A program made the position numbers and the translations under genes. A model generated the notes under the pieces. That model was given only the letters and a program-made list of their open reading frames with translations. It did no database searches and was not told the origin of the DNA. From Polyangia bacterium (GTDB lineage Bacteria; Myxococcota_A; Polyangia; Fen-1088): a stretch of DNA of 64,000 bases. The stretch lies in contig DASRQZ010000059.1 of the NCBI GenBank assembly GCA_035696125.1, positions 3,340-67,339 on the forward strand. The letters are read 5' to 3'. Numbering within the stretch: the first letter of the stretch is position 1; every line of letters begins with the position of its first letter. Below are positions 31,646-42,100 of the stretch, piece after piece.

Positions 31646-32767
31646 CTACCCTGCGACCACCCCGCCCGTGCGGCTGGCCGACAGGGTGCCGCAGCCGGCG
31701 CCGATCTCGTTGCCTCCCGAGTAGCGGCGGACGATGGGGGCGCCGAGCGCGCCGAGGGCGTCGCGGAAGGCCGCCAGCTCGTCGGGCGTCGGCGGACGGT
31801 AGCGGCCGGTGGCGTCGCTGACGTCAATGATGTTGAGCTTGACCTTGAGTCCGTCGAGCAGGGCGGCCAGGTCCTGCGCGTGGGCCGGGCTGGTGTTGAC
31901 CCCGCCGATCGCGACGTAGGCGATGGTCATGCGCTGGCCGGTGTGCGCGACGTGATCGCGGATGGCCGAAATCAGCTCGGGCAGCGGCCAGCGGTTCTCG
32001 ATGGGCATCAACGATCGGCGGTCGGCGCTGGTCGGCGCGCCCAGCGAGACGATGAGCCGGAAGTGGTGCCCTTCAGCGGTGAAGCGCCGGATCGCCGGCA
32101 CGACCCCCGCGGTCGAGATCGAGATCGCCTTGGCGGCGATGGCCGCGCCCGCCGGATCCGACAGGATGCGGGCGGCGCGGATGACGTTGTCATAGTTGAG
32201 AAACGGCTCGCCCATGCCCATGAAGACCACGCCGCGCACCGGGTGGTCCGCCTCGGCGGCGACCAGGCGGTGCTGGGCCAGGATCTCCCAGGTCTGCAGG
32301 GAGCGGATGCCGCCCAGGCGCCCGGTCGCGCAGAAGTCGCAAGCCAGCGCGCAACCGACCTGCGAGCTGACGCACAAGGTGTACTTCGCGGTCGGCAGCG
32401 CCTCCAGCGCCGCGGCGCCGCCCGCGCGCCGGCGGGCCTTGAGCGCGCGCGCCGCCGCCGGGTCGGGCAAGGGGATGCGCACCGTCTCGACCTCGCGCCC
32501 GTCGGGCAGACGGAAGAGGTACTTCAGGAACCCATCGGACGAACGGCGCCGCTCGAGGATCTCGAGCTCGCGCCACTCGGCAACCGCCGCCAGCGCCGCG
32601 GCCGAGGCCCTGGACAGACCGCGCACCGTGCGATCGTCGAGGCGCGGGGGACCGGCCACCGGCGCGCGGTGCAACGCCGAGAAGACCCGGCCCGCGACGT
32701 CGGCGCCGATACCGAGCGGCGCCAGCGCGGCGGCCAGCTCACGGCGATCGAGGTTCCGCGGGTTCAT
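31646..32767 (-). CDS. rlmN: Radical SAM 23S rRNA/tRNA (adenine-C2)-methyltransferase
   Basis: The CALACDFCATG radical SAM cluster and the C-terminal Cys are present. The start is at MNPRNL. Confidence 0.85.
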   Translation of the reverse strand: MNPRNLDRRELAAALAPLGIGADVAGRVFSALHRAPVAGPPRLDDRTVRGLSRASAAALAAVAEWRELEILERRRSSDGFLKYLFRLPDGREVETVRIPLPDPAAARALKARRRAGGAAALEALPTAKYTLCVSSQVGCALACDFCATGRLGGIRSLQTWEILAQHRLVAAEADHPVRGVVFMGMGEPFLNYDNVIRAARILSDPAGAAIAAKAISISTAGVVPAIRRFTAEGHHFRLIVSLGAPTSADRRSLMPIENRWPLPELISAIRDHVAHTGQRMTIAYVAIGGVNTSPAHAQDLAALLDGLKVKLNIIDVSDATGRYRPPTPDELAAFRDALGALGAPIVRRYSGGNEIGAGCGTLSASRTGGVVAG

Positions 32768-32820
32768 GGACCGATGTTCTACGCGGACTTCAGGCCAATG
32801 CGGTGGATTTTGGAACCCTC

Positions 32821-33834
32821 TCAGGATGCCAGGCTCAAATAGCGCAGGGCGTTCTCGCCCAGCAGCTTGCGCAGCGCGCCCTGGCGCCAGCCGCGCCGCC
32901 ACAGCACCTCGGTCAGGCGCGGCAGGTCGGCGGCGTCGCGGATCCCGCGCGGCAGCGGCAGGAACCCGTCGAAGTCCGAGCCGAGGGCGACGCAGTCCTC
33001 GCCGCCGATCGCCGCCACGTGCTCGATGTGGTCGGCGATGCGATCCAGCGTGCAGAACATGCCGCCCAGGTAGGGCGCGACGAAGATCACCCCGATCACC
33101 CCACCCTTGCCCGCGACGGCACGGATCTGTTCATCGTCGAGGTTGCGCGGGTGGGCGTGCACGCCGGCCGCGCCCGAGTGCGACGAGAACACCGGCGTGG
33201 TCGAGCACTCGGCCATGTCCCAGAAGGTCTTGCGGCTGGCGTGCGCGACGTCCAGCAGCAGCCCGCGCGCGTTGCAGGCGCGCACCAGGGTGCGACCGAT
33301 GTCGGACAGGCCGCGGTCGCGCGCCTCAGCCGTGCGGCACGAGCTGCCGGCCGCGCTGTCGCGCTCCCACAGAGGGCCGATGAAGCGGACCCCGGCCTCG
33401 GCCAGGCGAGCCACGCCGCCCTCGACGTCGTCGTCGATGGCGTAGCTGCCCTCGACGCCCAGGAACAGGGCGATACGCCCGGCGGCGCGCGCGGCGCGCA
33501 TCTCGGCCGCGCTGCGCACCAGGGCGATGTCGGCGGCGTGATCGATGGCCAGGCGGCGCGCGCACTCCAGCTGGCGCCAGAAGCGGCGCTGCCGCTTGAC
33601 GTGGAACCCGGCGAACATCAGACAGCCGAGCGCGTCTATGCCGCCGCGGCGGATGCGCGGCACATCCAGATCCAGGCGCAGCGGATTCCAGAACGTGGCC
33701 GGCGCGTGCTCGCGACCGAAGTCATAGCCGGTGTGGGTCAGCTTGGTGAGCGCGTCGTTGTGCAGATCGAGCACGAACGCCTCGCGATGAAAATCGGCGA
33801 CCTCGGCGCTCACTTCGACGGCATGTCCGCGCAT
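32821..33834 (-). CDS. Membrane dipeptidase (peptidase M19 family)
   Basis: VLDLHNDAL marks the M19 family. Further metal-ligand His/Glu residues sit at the conserved positions. Confidence 0.8.
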   Translation of the reverse strand: MRGHAVEVSAEVADFHREAFVLDLHNDALTKLTHTGYDFGREHAPATFWNPLRLDLDVPRIRRGGIDALGCLMFAGFHVKRQRRFWRQLECARRLAIDHAADIALVRSAAEMRAARAAGRIALFLGVEGSYAIDDDVEGGVARLAEAGVRFIGPLWERDSAAGSSCRTAEARDRGLSDIGRTLVRACNARGLLLDVAHASRKTFWDMAECSTTPVFSSHSGAAGVHAHPRNLDDEQIRAVAGKGGVIGVIFVAPYLGGMFCTLDRIADHIEHVAAIGGEDCVALGSDFDGFLPLPRGIRDAADLPRLTEVLWRRGWRQGALRKLLGENALRYLSLAS

Positions 33835-33878
33835 GCTTTAGCGGATCCCTCCGCAAGGCCTGCCGAGGGATGGCACTA

Positions 33879-36800
33879 TCACCCGGGACCGGCTTCCAGC
33901 TCTCGGCTCAGCTCATCGTAGCCGTCGGACAACGCGAAATCGAGCAAGGCCAGCGCCTCGGGGCTGTCGGCGACGTGCGCCAGCGTGAGCGACCGCCCGG
34001 CGGTGGCCAGGATCACCGCCAGGCTGGACGGCAGGCTACCCGACGCGAGCAAGCCGACCTGGTTGGCGCCGTCCCGCGCGGCAGCGTGCAGCGCGGCCAG
34101 GTCGAGCGGACCCGCGCTCTCGATGGCGAACGGCATCACCTCCTGGCGCAGGCGACGCGACAGCGCGCGTGACGCGGTCGCCACCCCCACGTCCATGACG
34201 TCGGGGGGGACCTCGGGGTGGCGGTAGTCGGTGACGAACTGCCGGACCACGCCGCCGATCAGCGCGCCGGTCTGCGGCAGCGTTCCGCGCAGCACGATGT
34301 CGAGGTGAGTGGAAGCCAGCCGCACCGCGCGCCCGCCGGCGAAGCGGACGCCCGCCGCGCCCAGCGCGAGGATCGACGCCCCCAGTACCAGCGCGGGCGG
34401 GTCGCCCGGTTCGACGGCAAGCCAGGCCGGTTCGGCGGCGACGCGCGCTGGTTTCACGTACACGTCGATCTCCTTGAGCCCCACCTCGACGGCCAGCGGG
34501 TCGATGATCTCGCGCGGGCCCTGCCCGCGCGCGACCTTGTCTGCGCGCGAGACCTCGTAGCGCCTGAGGTCGCCGAAGTGCTTGGCCAGCGGCTCGCCCA
34601 GGATCCGGAAGATGTTGCGCACCCCCGACGGCAGGCCGGCCGGAAACAGGCGCTCGTCGACGTCGGGGCGGGTCAGCGCAAACAACCGACGCGCGCGCGG
34701 CGCCGCCATGCCCTCGGCCAGCGCGCGATCGGCGGGATCGGGCGACAGCGCGGCCAGCAACTGTGCGCCGGCGGCGGTCGCGGCCGCGCGACCGCGCCAC
34801 TGCATGACGTGCGCGATCGCGCGCAGACAATCGAGATCGAGCTTGCCTGCGTGCAGATCGGCGCGCAGCACCAGCAGGGCGTGATCGAGCAGCATGCGCC
34901 GCCCGGCCACGTCGCGCGTGCGGTCGAAGTGCCGCACCATCTCGCCCAGCGCCGCCAGGTTCCGGGGCGCGTCGTCGGCCGCGCGGCGAAAGCGCGCGCC
35001 CGCCTGGCGCAGGTCTCCGGCCTGCTCGTAGAGCTGGCCCAGACGGATCAGGTAGGGTACCCGCTTGTCGACCTCGGGCACCAGCTCGACCAGCCGCTCG
35101 ATGACCGCGATGGCGTTCTTGGTCTCGCCGATCTCGATCAGCAGATCGGCCAGCGCCAGCAGCGCCTCGCGGTTGTCGGCTTCGAGCTGCAGCACGCGCT
35201 TGTAGGCGTCGGCGGCCCGCTTGGGGTCGTGCTGGTGACGGGTGTAGATGCGGCCGATGCGCAGGAAGATCTCGCGCAGCCGTTCGGGCGAACGCTCCAC
35301 CAGCGCGCGCTTCAGATACAGCTCCGCCGCCTCCCCGTACGCGCCGCCTTCGTACTGGAGGTCGGCCAGCCGCTGCAGGGCCTTGCCGTGCTGGGGTTCT
35401 TTCTGGAGAACCGCGCGCAGCTCGGCCCTGGCGCCCTCGGCGTCGCCCAGCGGTCCCGACAGCAGGTCCGCCCGCGCCAGCCGCAGCGCGGCCACCTCGA
35501 ACGGGTTGGTCGCGACCGCGATGCGCGCCGCCAGCACCGGCGACAGACCGGCGTGGTCTCCGCTGGCGGCCAGGTTGGCGCGCAGGCGCTCGAAGGCGCC
35601 CAGGTGTCCGGGATCCAGGTCGGCGGCCAGGATCCGTCGCAGCGGCTCGGCGGCGCGCGCGGCCCGAAACGGGCTGACGTCGACGAGGGGCGTGAGCCCG
35701 GAATCGCCCGACGTCGCGCCGCGCGCGGGCGCGACCGCGGTCGCGGCCAGATCGGCGGCCAGCATCAGCAAGCGGATACGCTCGGCCTTGCCCTTCAGCA
35801 CCTCGGCCTCGCGCTCACACGCTGACGCCGCCTCCGCGGCCGCGCCGCGGGCACAGAGCGCGCGGCGCAAGGCGCGCAGCGCCGGCAAGCAGGCGCCGTC
35901 TCGTTCCAGCGCCGCACGCAGGCGCTGCTCCGCCAGCTCGTGGTTCCCCGCAGCGGCGGCGCGCTCGGCAGCGCGCACCAGCAGGGTGGCGCTCGACCGG
36001 GGATCGCCGGTCCGCTCGCCCGTCGCCTCATCGGCGCCTTCGCCGCCTGGATCGAGGGCATCGTCGGCCTCGAGCAGCCGATCGGCGATCTGCGCCAGCA
36101 GGGCGCCGGCGCCCTCGACACCGTCATCGCCCGCGCTGCCCGTGGCGGCACGCCAGGCGCACAGCAGCCCCGGTCGATCGCTTGGGCGCGGCGCCGCCCG
36201 CCACGCCATGGCCGCGGCCAGCAATCGGGTCGAGTCGGCGGCCGCGCCGGCATCCGCCCCCGCGCTCGCCGCCTGTTCGCACAACAAGGCCCCGAGGTAC
36301 AGCGCGGGCGCGGTCGCCTCGTCCTGATGTGGAGGGGCCTGTTCGAGCTTCGCCGCCAGCTCGACCGCCTGCCCGGTCCGCGCCGCCGACAGAAAGGCCC
36401 GCACGCGGGCGCGCGCTTCGCTGAGTCGTTCGCTGCTGGCCTCCCCTCCGGTCGCGGCGGCACCCGCGACCCCGGCACCACCGGCGACGCCAGATCCCTC
36501 CGTGGGCGGCGCGGCCTGCAGCCGAGATAGGGCGCGAGCCGCGTCCGCCGCCGTCGATCCGGCGCCCCGCGACAGCTCGCGAAAGATCGCCTGCGCGGCG
36601 TCGACCTGTCCCAGGCTCTCGTGCGCGTCGGCCACGCGCAGCGCCTCGCCGGCATCGCCGGGCGCCGCAGCGAGGCGCAGCAAGGCGCGGGCGCGCGCGG
36701 CCGGGTCGGACTGCCCGCGCGCCAGGCGCTGGGCCAGCCCGCGCGCCGGCGGCCAGGACGCGTTCCCGTCGGCATCGACGACCGCGAAGGCTGCCTCCAG

Positions 36801-38969
36801 GGCGCCGTCGAGGTCGCCGGCACGTGCCAACCAGGCGGCGGCCCAGAGCTTCCACAGCCGTCCCCCTTCACTGCCGGCGGGCAGCGCGCCCGCCGCCGCG
36901 GCGAAGCAGGCGGCCAGGTGGTGGGCATCTCCACCGCGGCCCAGAGTGACCAGCGCCAGCGCCATCGGGTCGGCGGGGTGGGCGCGAAGAACGCTCTCCG
37001 ACTCCTCGACCGCGGTTTCGACGCGTCGGGGTTTGTCGCGACCCGGCACGGGCGCCGGCCAGGTCGCCGGTCGATCGGCGCGCAGATCGTCAGCCAGCGT
37101 TTTCAGGGCGGGCGCGATCTCGCTCGCACCCCAGGCCTCGGCGCCGCGCGCGAGAACCTCGGCGGCCGCGGCCTTTCGGCCCGCGGCCCGCTCCCGCGCC
37201 GCCAGGGTCCAGAAGGCGCTGGCCGTCGGCGCTGCGGCGACCTGATCGGCCAGGGCGACCCGCACGCGCTCGTCACCGGTGACCGGCTCGGCCGCCAGCG
37301 TCGACTCGAGCGCCTCCACCACCAGGGAGTGGGCGTATGCGGCGCGCGCCGGGTCGAAGCGAGCCCACAGCGCCAGGGCTTCCAGTCGCAGCGCCGGCAG
37401 GTTGGCCGCGCCGGCCCGGGCCGCGACCTCTTCGGCGATCAGGGCCAGCGGCGTGGCCCTGGGCGCCGCCTCCAGTCCGGCAGCGGCGATGTCCAGGGCA
37501 CGGCGCGGGTCGCCTTCGCGCAGCGCCAGCTCGGCCGCCATCAGATCCAGCGACGCGCGCCCGCCCGCCGTCGGCCAGGTCGTCCGTGCCTCCGCCAGCA
37601 ACAGGGACAGGGGCGCGCCGCCCAGCTCGACCGGCACGCCGTCCCCGCGCACGCCCATCCTCCCGAAGCGGGCCGTCGCGAGATCGATGCGGTCCCGCAA
37701 CCAGGACGGCGACGGCGGCCCCAGCGACGGGTCGGACAGGATCTCCTCCACTCGTTCGGGCGTGCCGGCGCGGCGGGCCAGCGCGGCGACCCAGCGCGCG
37801 CACGCCACCTTGAAGTCGCCCGGCGGCAAGACGGCCAGCAGCTCCGCCAGCAACGACGGGGCGGCTTCGGGTGAGGCGCGGGCGGCGTCGCGGAGCTGCC
37901 CCATGAGCACGCCCAGGCGCGCGCCACCGGTCCCCGCGCCGGCCGCGGCCCGTGCCCGCAATCGAGCCGCGGCCGTGGTATCGCCGGCTACCTCGGCCAG
38001 CCGCGCCAGCGCCGCCGTGAACGCGACGTCGGCCGGCGGCCCCAGCGCGCTCGCCACCGGCTCGAGGCTGGCCGCCACCTGGCGCAGGTCGGACTGTCGC
38101 AGCGCGATCTCGGCATCCACCAGGGCGCGCGCGAGCCCATCGCCCAGCGCCGCCAGCCCCGCCTCGTCCAGCTTGCCGCCCAGCGCCAGCGTCCATTCGG
38201 CTTCGATGGCGTTGTAGTGGTCGCGCTCGCCGCCGTCCAGCACCTCGGCCAGCAGGCCAACCGTCTCGAGCGCGCCCGGCGCATCGCCCGAGCGTTCGGC
38301 CAGCCGCAAGCGCGCGCGCAGCGCCATCGGCGATCCGGGCTGCAGGATGAGCGCGTCGTCGTACAGCGAGGCGGCGGCCGACGCGTCCCCCAACGCGTCT
38401 GACAGGCGCGCCGCGGCCATGGTCAGCGCCGCCTGCTGGGTCGCCGTGTCGGCCACTTCCATCTCGGCGGCCAGCAGGCTCAGCGTCGCGCGCTTTTCCG
38501 CCTCGGTGAATTCGTCGCGATCGATCTCGGCCGGCACGCGCACCAGCAGCTCCAGATCCTCGCGCCAGGGGTCGGCCGCCATCTCGGCCAGCGGATCGGC
38601 GAAGATCGGCGAGGGCGGATCGATGGGCGGCTCGCCCTGGAACGGGCTCTCCTCGCTGTCGACGGTGGAGATGATGGCGGCGTAGGCGTCCGAGTGGGGC
38701 GTCGCGCGCTCCGAGAACTCGTCGGCGGCGGCCTCGAAGACGCGGGCATCATCCAGCCGCGGCGGTGAGACGACGGTCGTCGGCGTCTCCGCGAAGGCGT
38801 TCTCGTCGATGGGGATCGCGCCCGGGAGGTCGGGCGCGGTCGCGGGCACGGCGCCCGCGTCCTGGATCGGCAAGTGCGCGTCCCAATCGGCGAGCTCGGT
38901 CTCCCATTCGTTTTCGTTCTCGCCCGCGAAGGGCAAGACCGGGGCCTTGGGCTTTTCCCTCTCCGCCAC
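33879..38969 (-). CDS. Giant (1696 aa) TPR/alpha-helical repeat protein, paralog of the upstream gene; it has an acidic N-terminus and a ~400-aa non-TPR C-terminal domain
   Basis: The long ORF has TPR-like periodicity, e.g. YGEAAELYLKRALVERSPE..., AADAYKRVLQLEADNREALLALADLLIE. The start is a GTG preceded by GAGG. Confidence 0.7.
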   Translation of the reverse strand: MAEREKPKAPVLPFAGENENEWETELADWDAHLPIQDAGAVPATAPDLPGAIPIDENAFAETPTTVVSPPRLDDARVFEAAADEFSERATPHSDAYAAIISTVDSEESPFQGEPPIDPPSPIFADPLAEMAADPWREDLELLVRVPAEIDRDEFTEAEKRATLSLLAAEMEVADTATQQAALTMAAARLSDALGDASAAASLYDDALILQPGSPMALRARLRLAERSGDAPGALETVGLLAEVLDGGERDHYNAIEAEWTLALGGKLDEAGLAALGDGLARALVDAEIALRQSDLRQVAASLEPVASALGPPADVAFTAALARLAEVAGDTTAAARLRARAAAGAGTGGARLGVLMGQLRDAARASPEAAPSLLAELLAVLPPGDFKVACARWVAALARRAGTPERVEEILSDPSLGPPSPSWLRDRIDLATARFGRMGVRGDGVPVELGGAPLSLLLAEARTTWPTAGGRASLDLMAAELALREGDPRRALDIAAAGLEAAPRATPLALIAEEVAARAGAANLPALRLEALALWARFDPARAAYAHSLVVEALESTLAAEPVTGDERVRVALADQVAAAPTASAFWTLAARERAAGRKAAAAEVLARGAEAWGASEIAPALKTLADDLRADRPATWPAPVPGRDKPRRVETAVEESESVLRAHPADPMALALVTLGRGGDAHHLAACFAAAAGALPAGSEGGRLWKLWAAAWLARAGDLDGALEAAFAVVDADGNASWPPARGLAQRLARGQSDPAARARALLRLAAAPGDAGEALRVADAHESLGQVDAAQAIFRELSRGAGSTAADAARALSRLQAAPPTEGSGVAGGAGVAGAAATGGEASSERLSEARARVRAFLSAARTGQAVELAAKLEQAPPHQDEATAPALYLGALLCEQAASAGADAGAAADSTRLLAAAMAWRAAPRPSDRPGLLCAWRAATGSAGDDGVEGAGALLAQIADRLLEADDALDPGGEGADEATGERTGDPRSSATLLVRAAERAAAAGNHELAEQRLRAALERDGACLPALRALRRALCARGAAAEAASACEREAEVLKGKAERIRLLMLAADLAATAVAPARGATSGDSGLTPLVDVSPFRAARAAEPLRRILAADLDPGHLGAFERLRANLAASGDHAGLSPVLAARIAVATNPFEVAALRLARADLLSGPLGDAEGARAELRAVLQKEPQHGKALQRLADLQYEGGAYGEAAELYLKRALVERSPERLREIFLRIGRIYTRHQHDPKRAADAYKRVLQLEADNREALLALADLLIEIGETKNAIAVIERLVELVPEVDKRVPYLIRLGQLYEQAGDLRQAGARFRRAADDAPRNLAALGEMVRHFDRTRDVAGRRMLLDHALLVLRADLHAGKLDLDCLRAIAHVMQWRGRAAATAAGAQLLAALSPDPADRALAEGMAAPRARRLFALTRPDVDERLFPAGLPSGVRNIFRILGEPLAKHFGDLRRYEVSRADKVARGQGPREIIDPLAVEVGLKEIDVYVKPARVAAEPAWLAVEPGDPPALVLGASILALGAAGVRFAGGRAVRLASTHLDIVLRGTLPQTGALIGGVVRQFVTDYRHPEVPPDVMDVGVATASRALSRRLRQEVMPFAIESAGPLDLAALHAAARDGANQVGLLASGSLPSSLAVILATAGRSLTLAHVADSPEALALLDFALSDGYDELSRELEAGPG

Positions 38970-38970
38970 T

Positions 38971-39113
38971 AGTGCCTCACGTCGAAAATCTGAGCAACAC
39001 CTGGCCGCGAGGCGCGACCAGGGCGCATGGTTCTGCCCATGTCACCGAGGAGCAACGAAGCGGGCGGCGCGGATCGGCGTCCGGATGCGCCCAGATTTTT
39101 CACGTGAGGCACT
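38971..39113 (-). promoter_or_regulatory. 22-bp long-range inverted repeat (20/22 match) spanning the whole intergenic region between the two giant genes
   Basis: AGTGCCTCACGTCGAAAATCTG (38971-38992) is the reverse complement of CAGATTTTTCACGTGAGGCACT (39092-39113) with two adjacent mismatches. One arm begins 2 nt after the stop of gene 1. The other contains the SD (GAGG) and abuts the GTG start of gene 2. Confidence 0.5.
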
Positions 39114-39115
39114 CG

Positions 39116-42100
39116 CTAGCCACCCCTTCCCCGCTCGAGCTCGCGGCGCGCGGCCAGGTATCGCTCGCTCAGCGCGAAGCGCAGCAGGTTCAGCGCCGCC
39201 TCGCTGCGCCGCAACTTGTGGGACGCGACCGGCGGCGACAGATCGGCCGCCGCCGCCGCTGCCTCGGCGACGTCGCCAGCCAGCATCAGCCCGAACCGCT
39301 CGGCGGCCCCGACCACCGCCTGTTGCCAGGCGGCGGCGTCCAGCGCCTCGAAGCCGAAGCGCGACGCCTGCAGCGTCAGCGCCTTGCGATCCTTCCGGGG
39401 CAGCGTCTTGAAGAGCGCCTTCACCTGCGCCTCCGACACGCGGGTGGCGCGCTCGCCCATCGCCGAAGGCTCGGCCCCGGCCAGGATGCCGGCCGCCGAG
39501 AAGAGATCCTGCAGCTCGTTCGCCGACAGGCGCGCGGCCGCGCTCGCCCGCAGGCGCAGCAGGCCCAGCGCCCGTCCCACCCAGTACGGCGATGGCGGCG
39601 CCATCCCGCCGTCCAGCCTGGAGGCGGCGCCGAACACCAGCAAGGGCGCCGGCAACTCGGCGGCCTGGGCCTGGTACGGCCCGACATCTCCGCTGGTGGT
39701 GGAGGCGCGATGTAGGACCACGCCCGAAAGACCCAGGGCCGCCGCGGTCTGCACCACCCAGCCGACGACCGGCTCGCTGTCGGGCTGCAGGCGGCTGTGC
39801 CGGCTGGTGCCCAGCGCGGTCAGATTGGGCGGATGCAGCTCGGCGACCGCATCCGCGATCAACAACCAGACCTCGCTCATGAAGCCGAGCGCCGGCGCGT
39901 CGGTGAGCGTGGCCCAGAAGGCGGCGGACGGCGCCGCGGACAGCCCGAGTGGCGCAGGCGACGAATCGCTGGCTTCGGGCGAAGGTTCCCCCATCAAGGC
40001 CAGCACCTGCGCGACGGCACGGATGGCGTCCCGACCGCGCTGGTCGCGCCAGGCCTGCTGCAGCAGAGATTTCAACCGGTGCAGGCGCGGCAGGTCCAGC
40101 GGGTCGCTGGCCAGAGCCGCGCGCATCTGGACGATGGCCTGCTCCAGCACCGCGACGCGGCCGGCCTCGTCGCCGCCGTTCTCGTACATCTGCGCCAGCT
40201 CGCGCGTGCCGTTGCCGAGAGGGTCCAGCTCGGCCGCCCGTCGAAAGGCCAGGGCCGCCTCGGGCAGGTCGTAGGCACGGTCGCGCAGCAGCGCGCCGAT
40301 GCGCAGCTCCAGGCCTGCGCGCGCCGCGGGATCCTGCAGCACCATCTCCCAGGCGCGCATCGTCGCTATCGCGCCGCGCCAATCGCCCGCGCGCTCATGT
40401 AGCTCGGCCATGCGCTGCAGCGGCACCGCATCCAGCGGGCGCGCCGCCGCGGCCGCGCGCAGGGCTTCGAGCGCGCGCAGCGTGTCGTTCGCCGCCTCGT
40501 GGGCGGTCGCCAGCTCGAGCCGCGCGACCGCGGCGCCGTCGTCGTCGGGCGCCACCGCCAGGTATCGCGTGAGGAAGTGCGCGGCGTCGGCCGGGTGCCG
40601 CATCTCGATGGCCAGCGTCGCCAGCTGGCGCAGCGCGCGGTGGTTGTGTGGAGCGATCTTCAAGATTCGCTTGAAGTCTTCGATGGCCCCGTCTCGATCT
40701 TCCAGGCGACGGAGCCGGTTCTCGGCGCGTTCGAACAGCAGCGCCAGCACCTCGTCGACGCCGGCGGTCGGGACGCGCCGGTGCAGGCGGTGGCTCAGCA
40801 CCCGATCGAGGGTCTTGGCGCTTCCGGGCGCGTCGGCGCTGGCGCGCAGCAGCGCCGCCAGACGCTCGAAACCCGGGTCGTCGTCGGGACCGTGCTCCAG
40901 CACCTTGAGGTAAGCGGCGATGGCTTCCTCGCGCCGCCCGACCTGCTCGAAGCGCGCCGCCGCGTCGGCGAACAGGCGCGCCGCATGCACCGGCGTCTTG
41001 ACCAGCGCGCCCAGACGAACCAGCGCCCGCGCCTCGCCCACCACGTCGCCGCCGGCCCGCGCCAGCCGCCGCACCCCCAGCATCGCCTCCAGGCAGTCGG
41101 CGTCGCGGGCCAGGATGCGGGCGTACACGTGCAGCGCCTCGCCGAGGCAACCGCGCGCTTCCTGCTCGAGCGCCCGTTCCAGGTCCAGCTCGGTCGCCAG
41201 GCCCGCGGCCGAGGGCGGCAGGCGCGCGGCGCGGTCGGCGCTCGTGTCGGGCAAGGGACCAGCGGTCACGTCGGTGGACTCGGAGCCCGCGCGCCGCTCT
41301 GCGCGCACGTCGCTGATGCCGTGAGCCACCGTCGGGTTGGCGGGCGCCAGCTCCCAGGCGCGCCGGTGCAGCTCCCTGGCAACGTCGGGCCCGGCGAGCC
41401 GCGAGCGCGCGAGCGCGCGGGTGAGCAGGCCCGGGATCGCGCGCTCGCCGCCGCCGGCTGCGGTGGCCGGAGCCGCCAGCGCGGCCAGGTCGACCAGCGC
41501 GCCGGCGACCTGGCGATGATCGCCGCTCCGAACCCCTTCGATCCAGTCGCTGAGCGCGTCGCCCGCGTCGGGTCGCGCGCTACCCGGCGGCTGCAGGCCG
41601 CGCGCGCCCCGGGCCGCGTCCAGGAGCTCGCGCTCTCGCCGCGCGGCCGCGGCGATGGTCGCGTCGCCGTCGTCGAGCGACGCGTCGCCCAGCGCGCCCA
41701 GCGCTTCGGCCACGCCGTCGAGGTTGCCGGCCACCGAGGCCGTCCGCAGCAGGCCCAGCGCCGCGTCGGTCGATGGCCCGCGCCGCATCGCCTCGCGAAA
41801 CGCGCCCTGCGCCGCTTCGCCGTTGCCCGCGCGCTCGAGCGCCTCGCCGCGGTCGGCGGGGGCCGTGAGCCCCGAGCTGGTCCCGTCGGCGGTGTCGTCG
41901 CCGAGCACCACGACCTCGAGCGCCGCCTGGCCCGAGCGGCGGGCACGGTCGAAACCGAAGGCACGCGCCAGCTCGTCTCCGGTGGAGGCGACCGGGACCA
42001 GGGCCGCGATCGCCTCCCTCCATTCACCCGCGCTGGCGCGCTCCGCAGCCAGGCGATGGCGCAGCGCGCGCGCGACGTCGGTGCGCCCTGCTGCCTCGGC

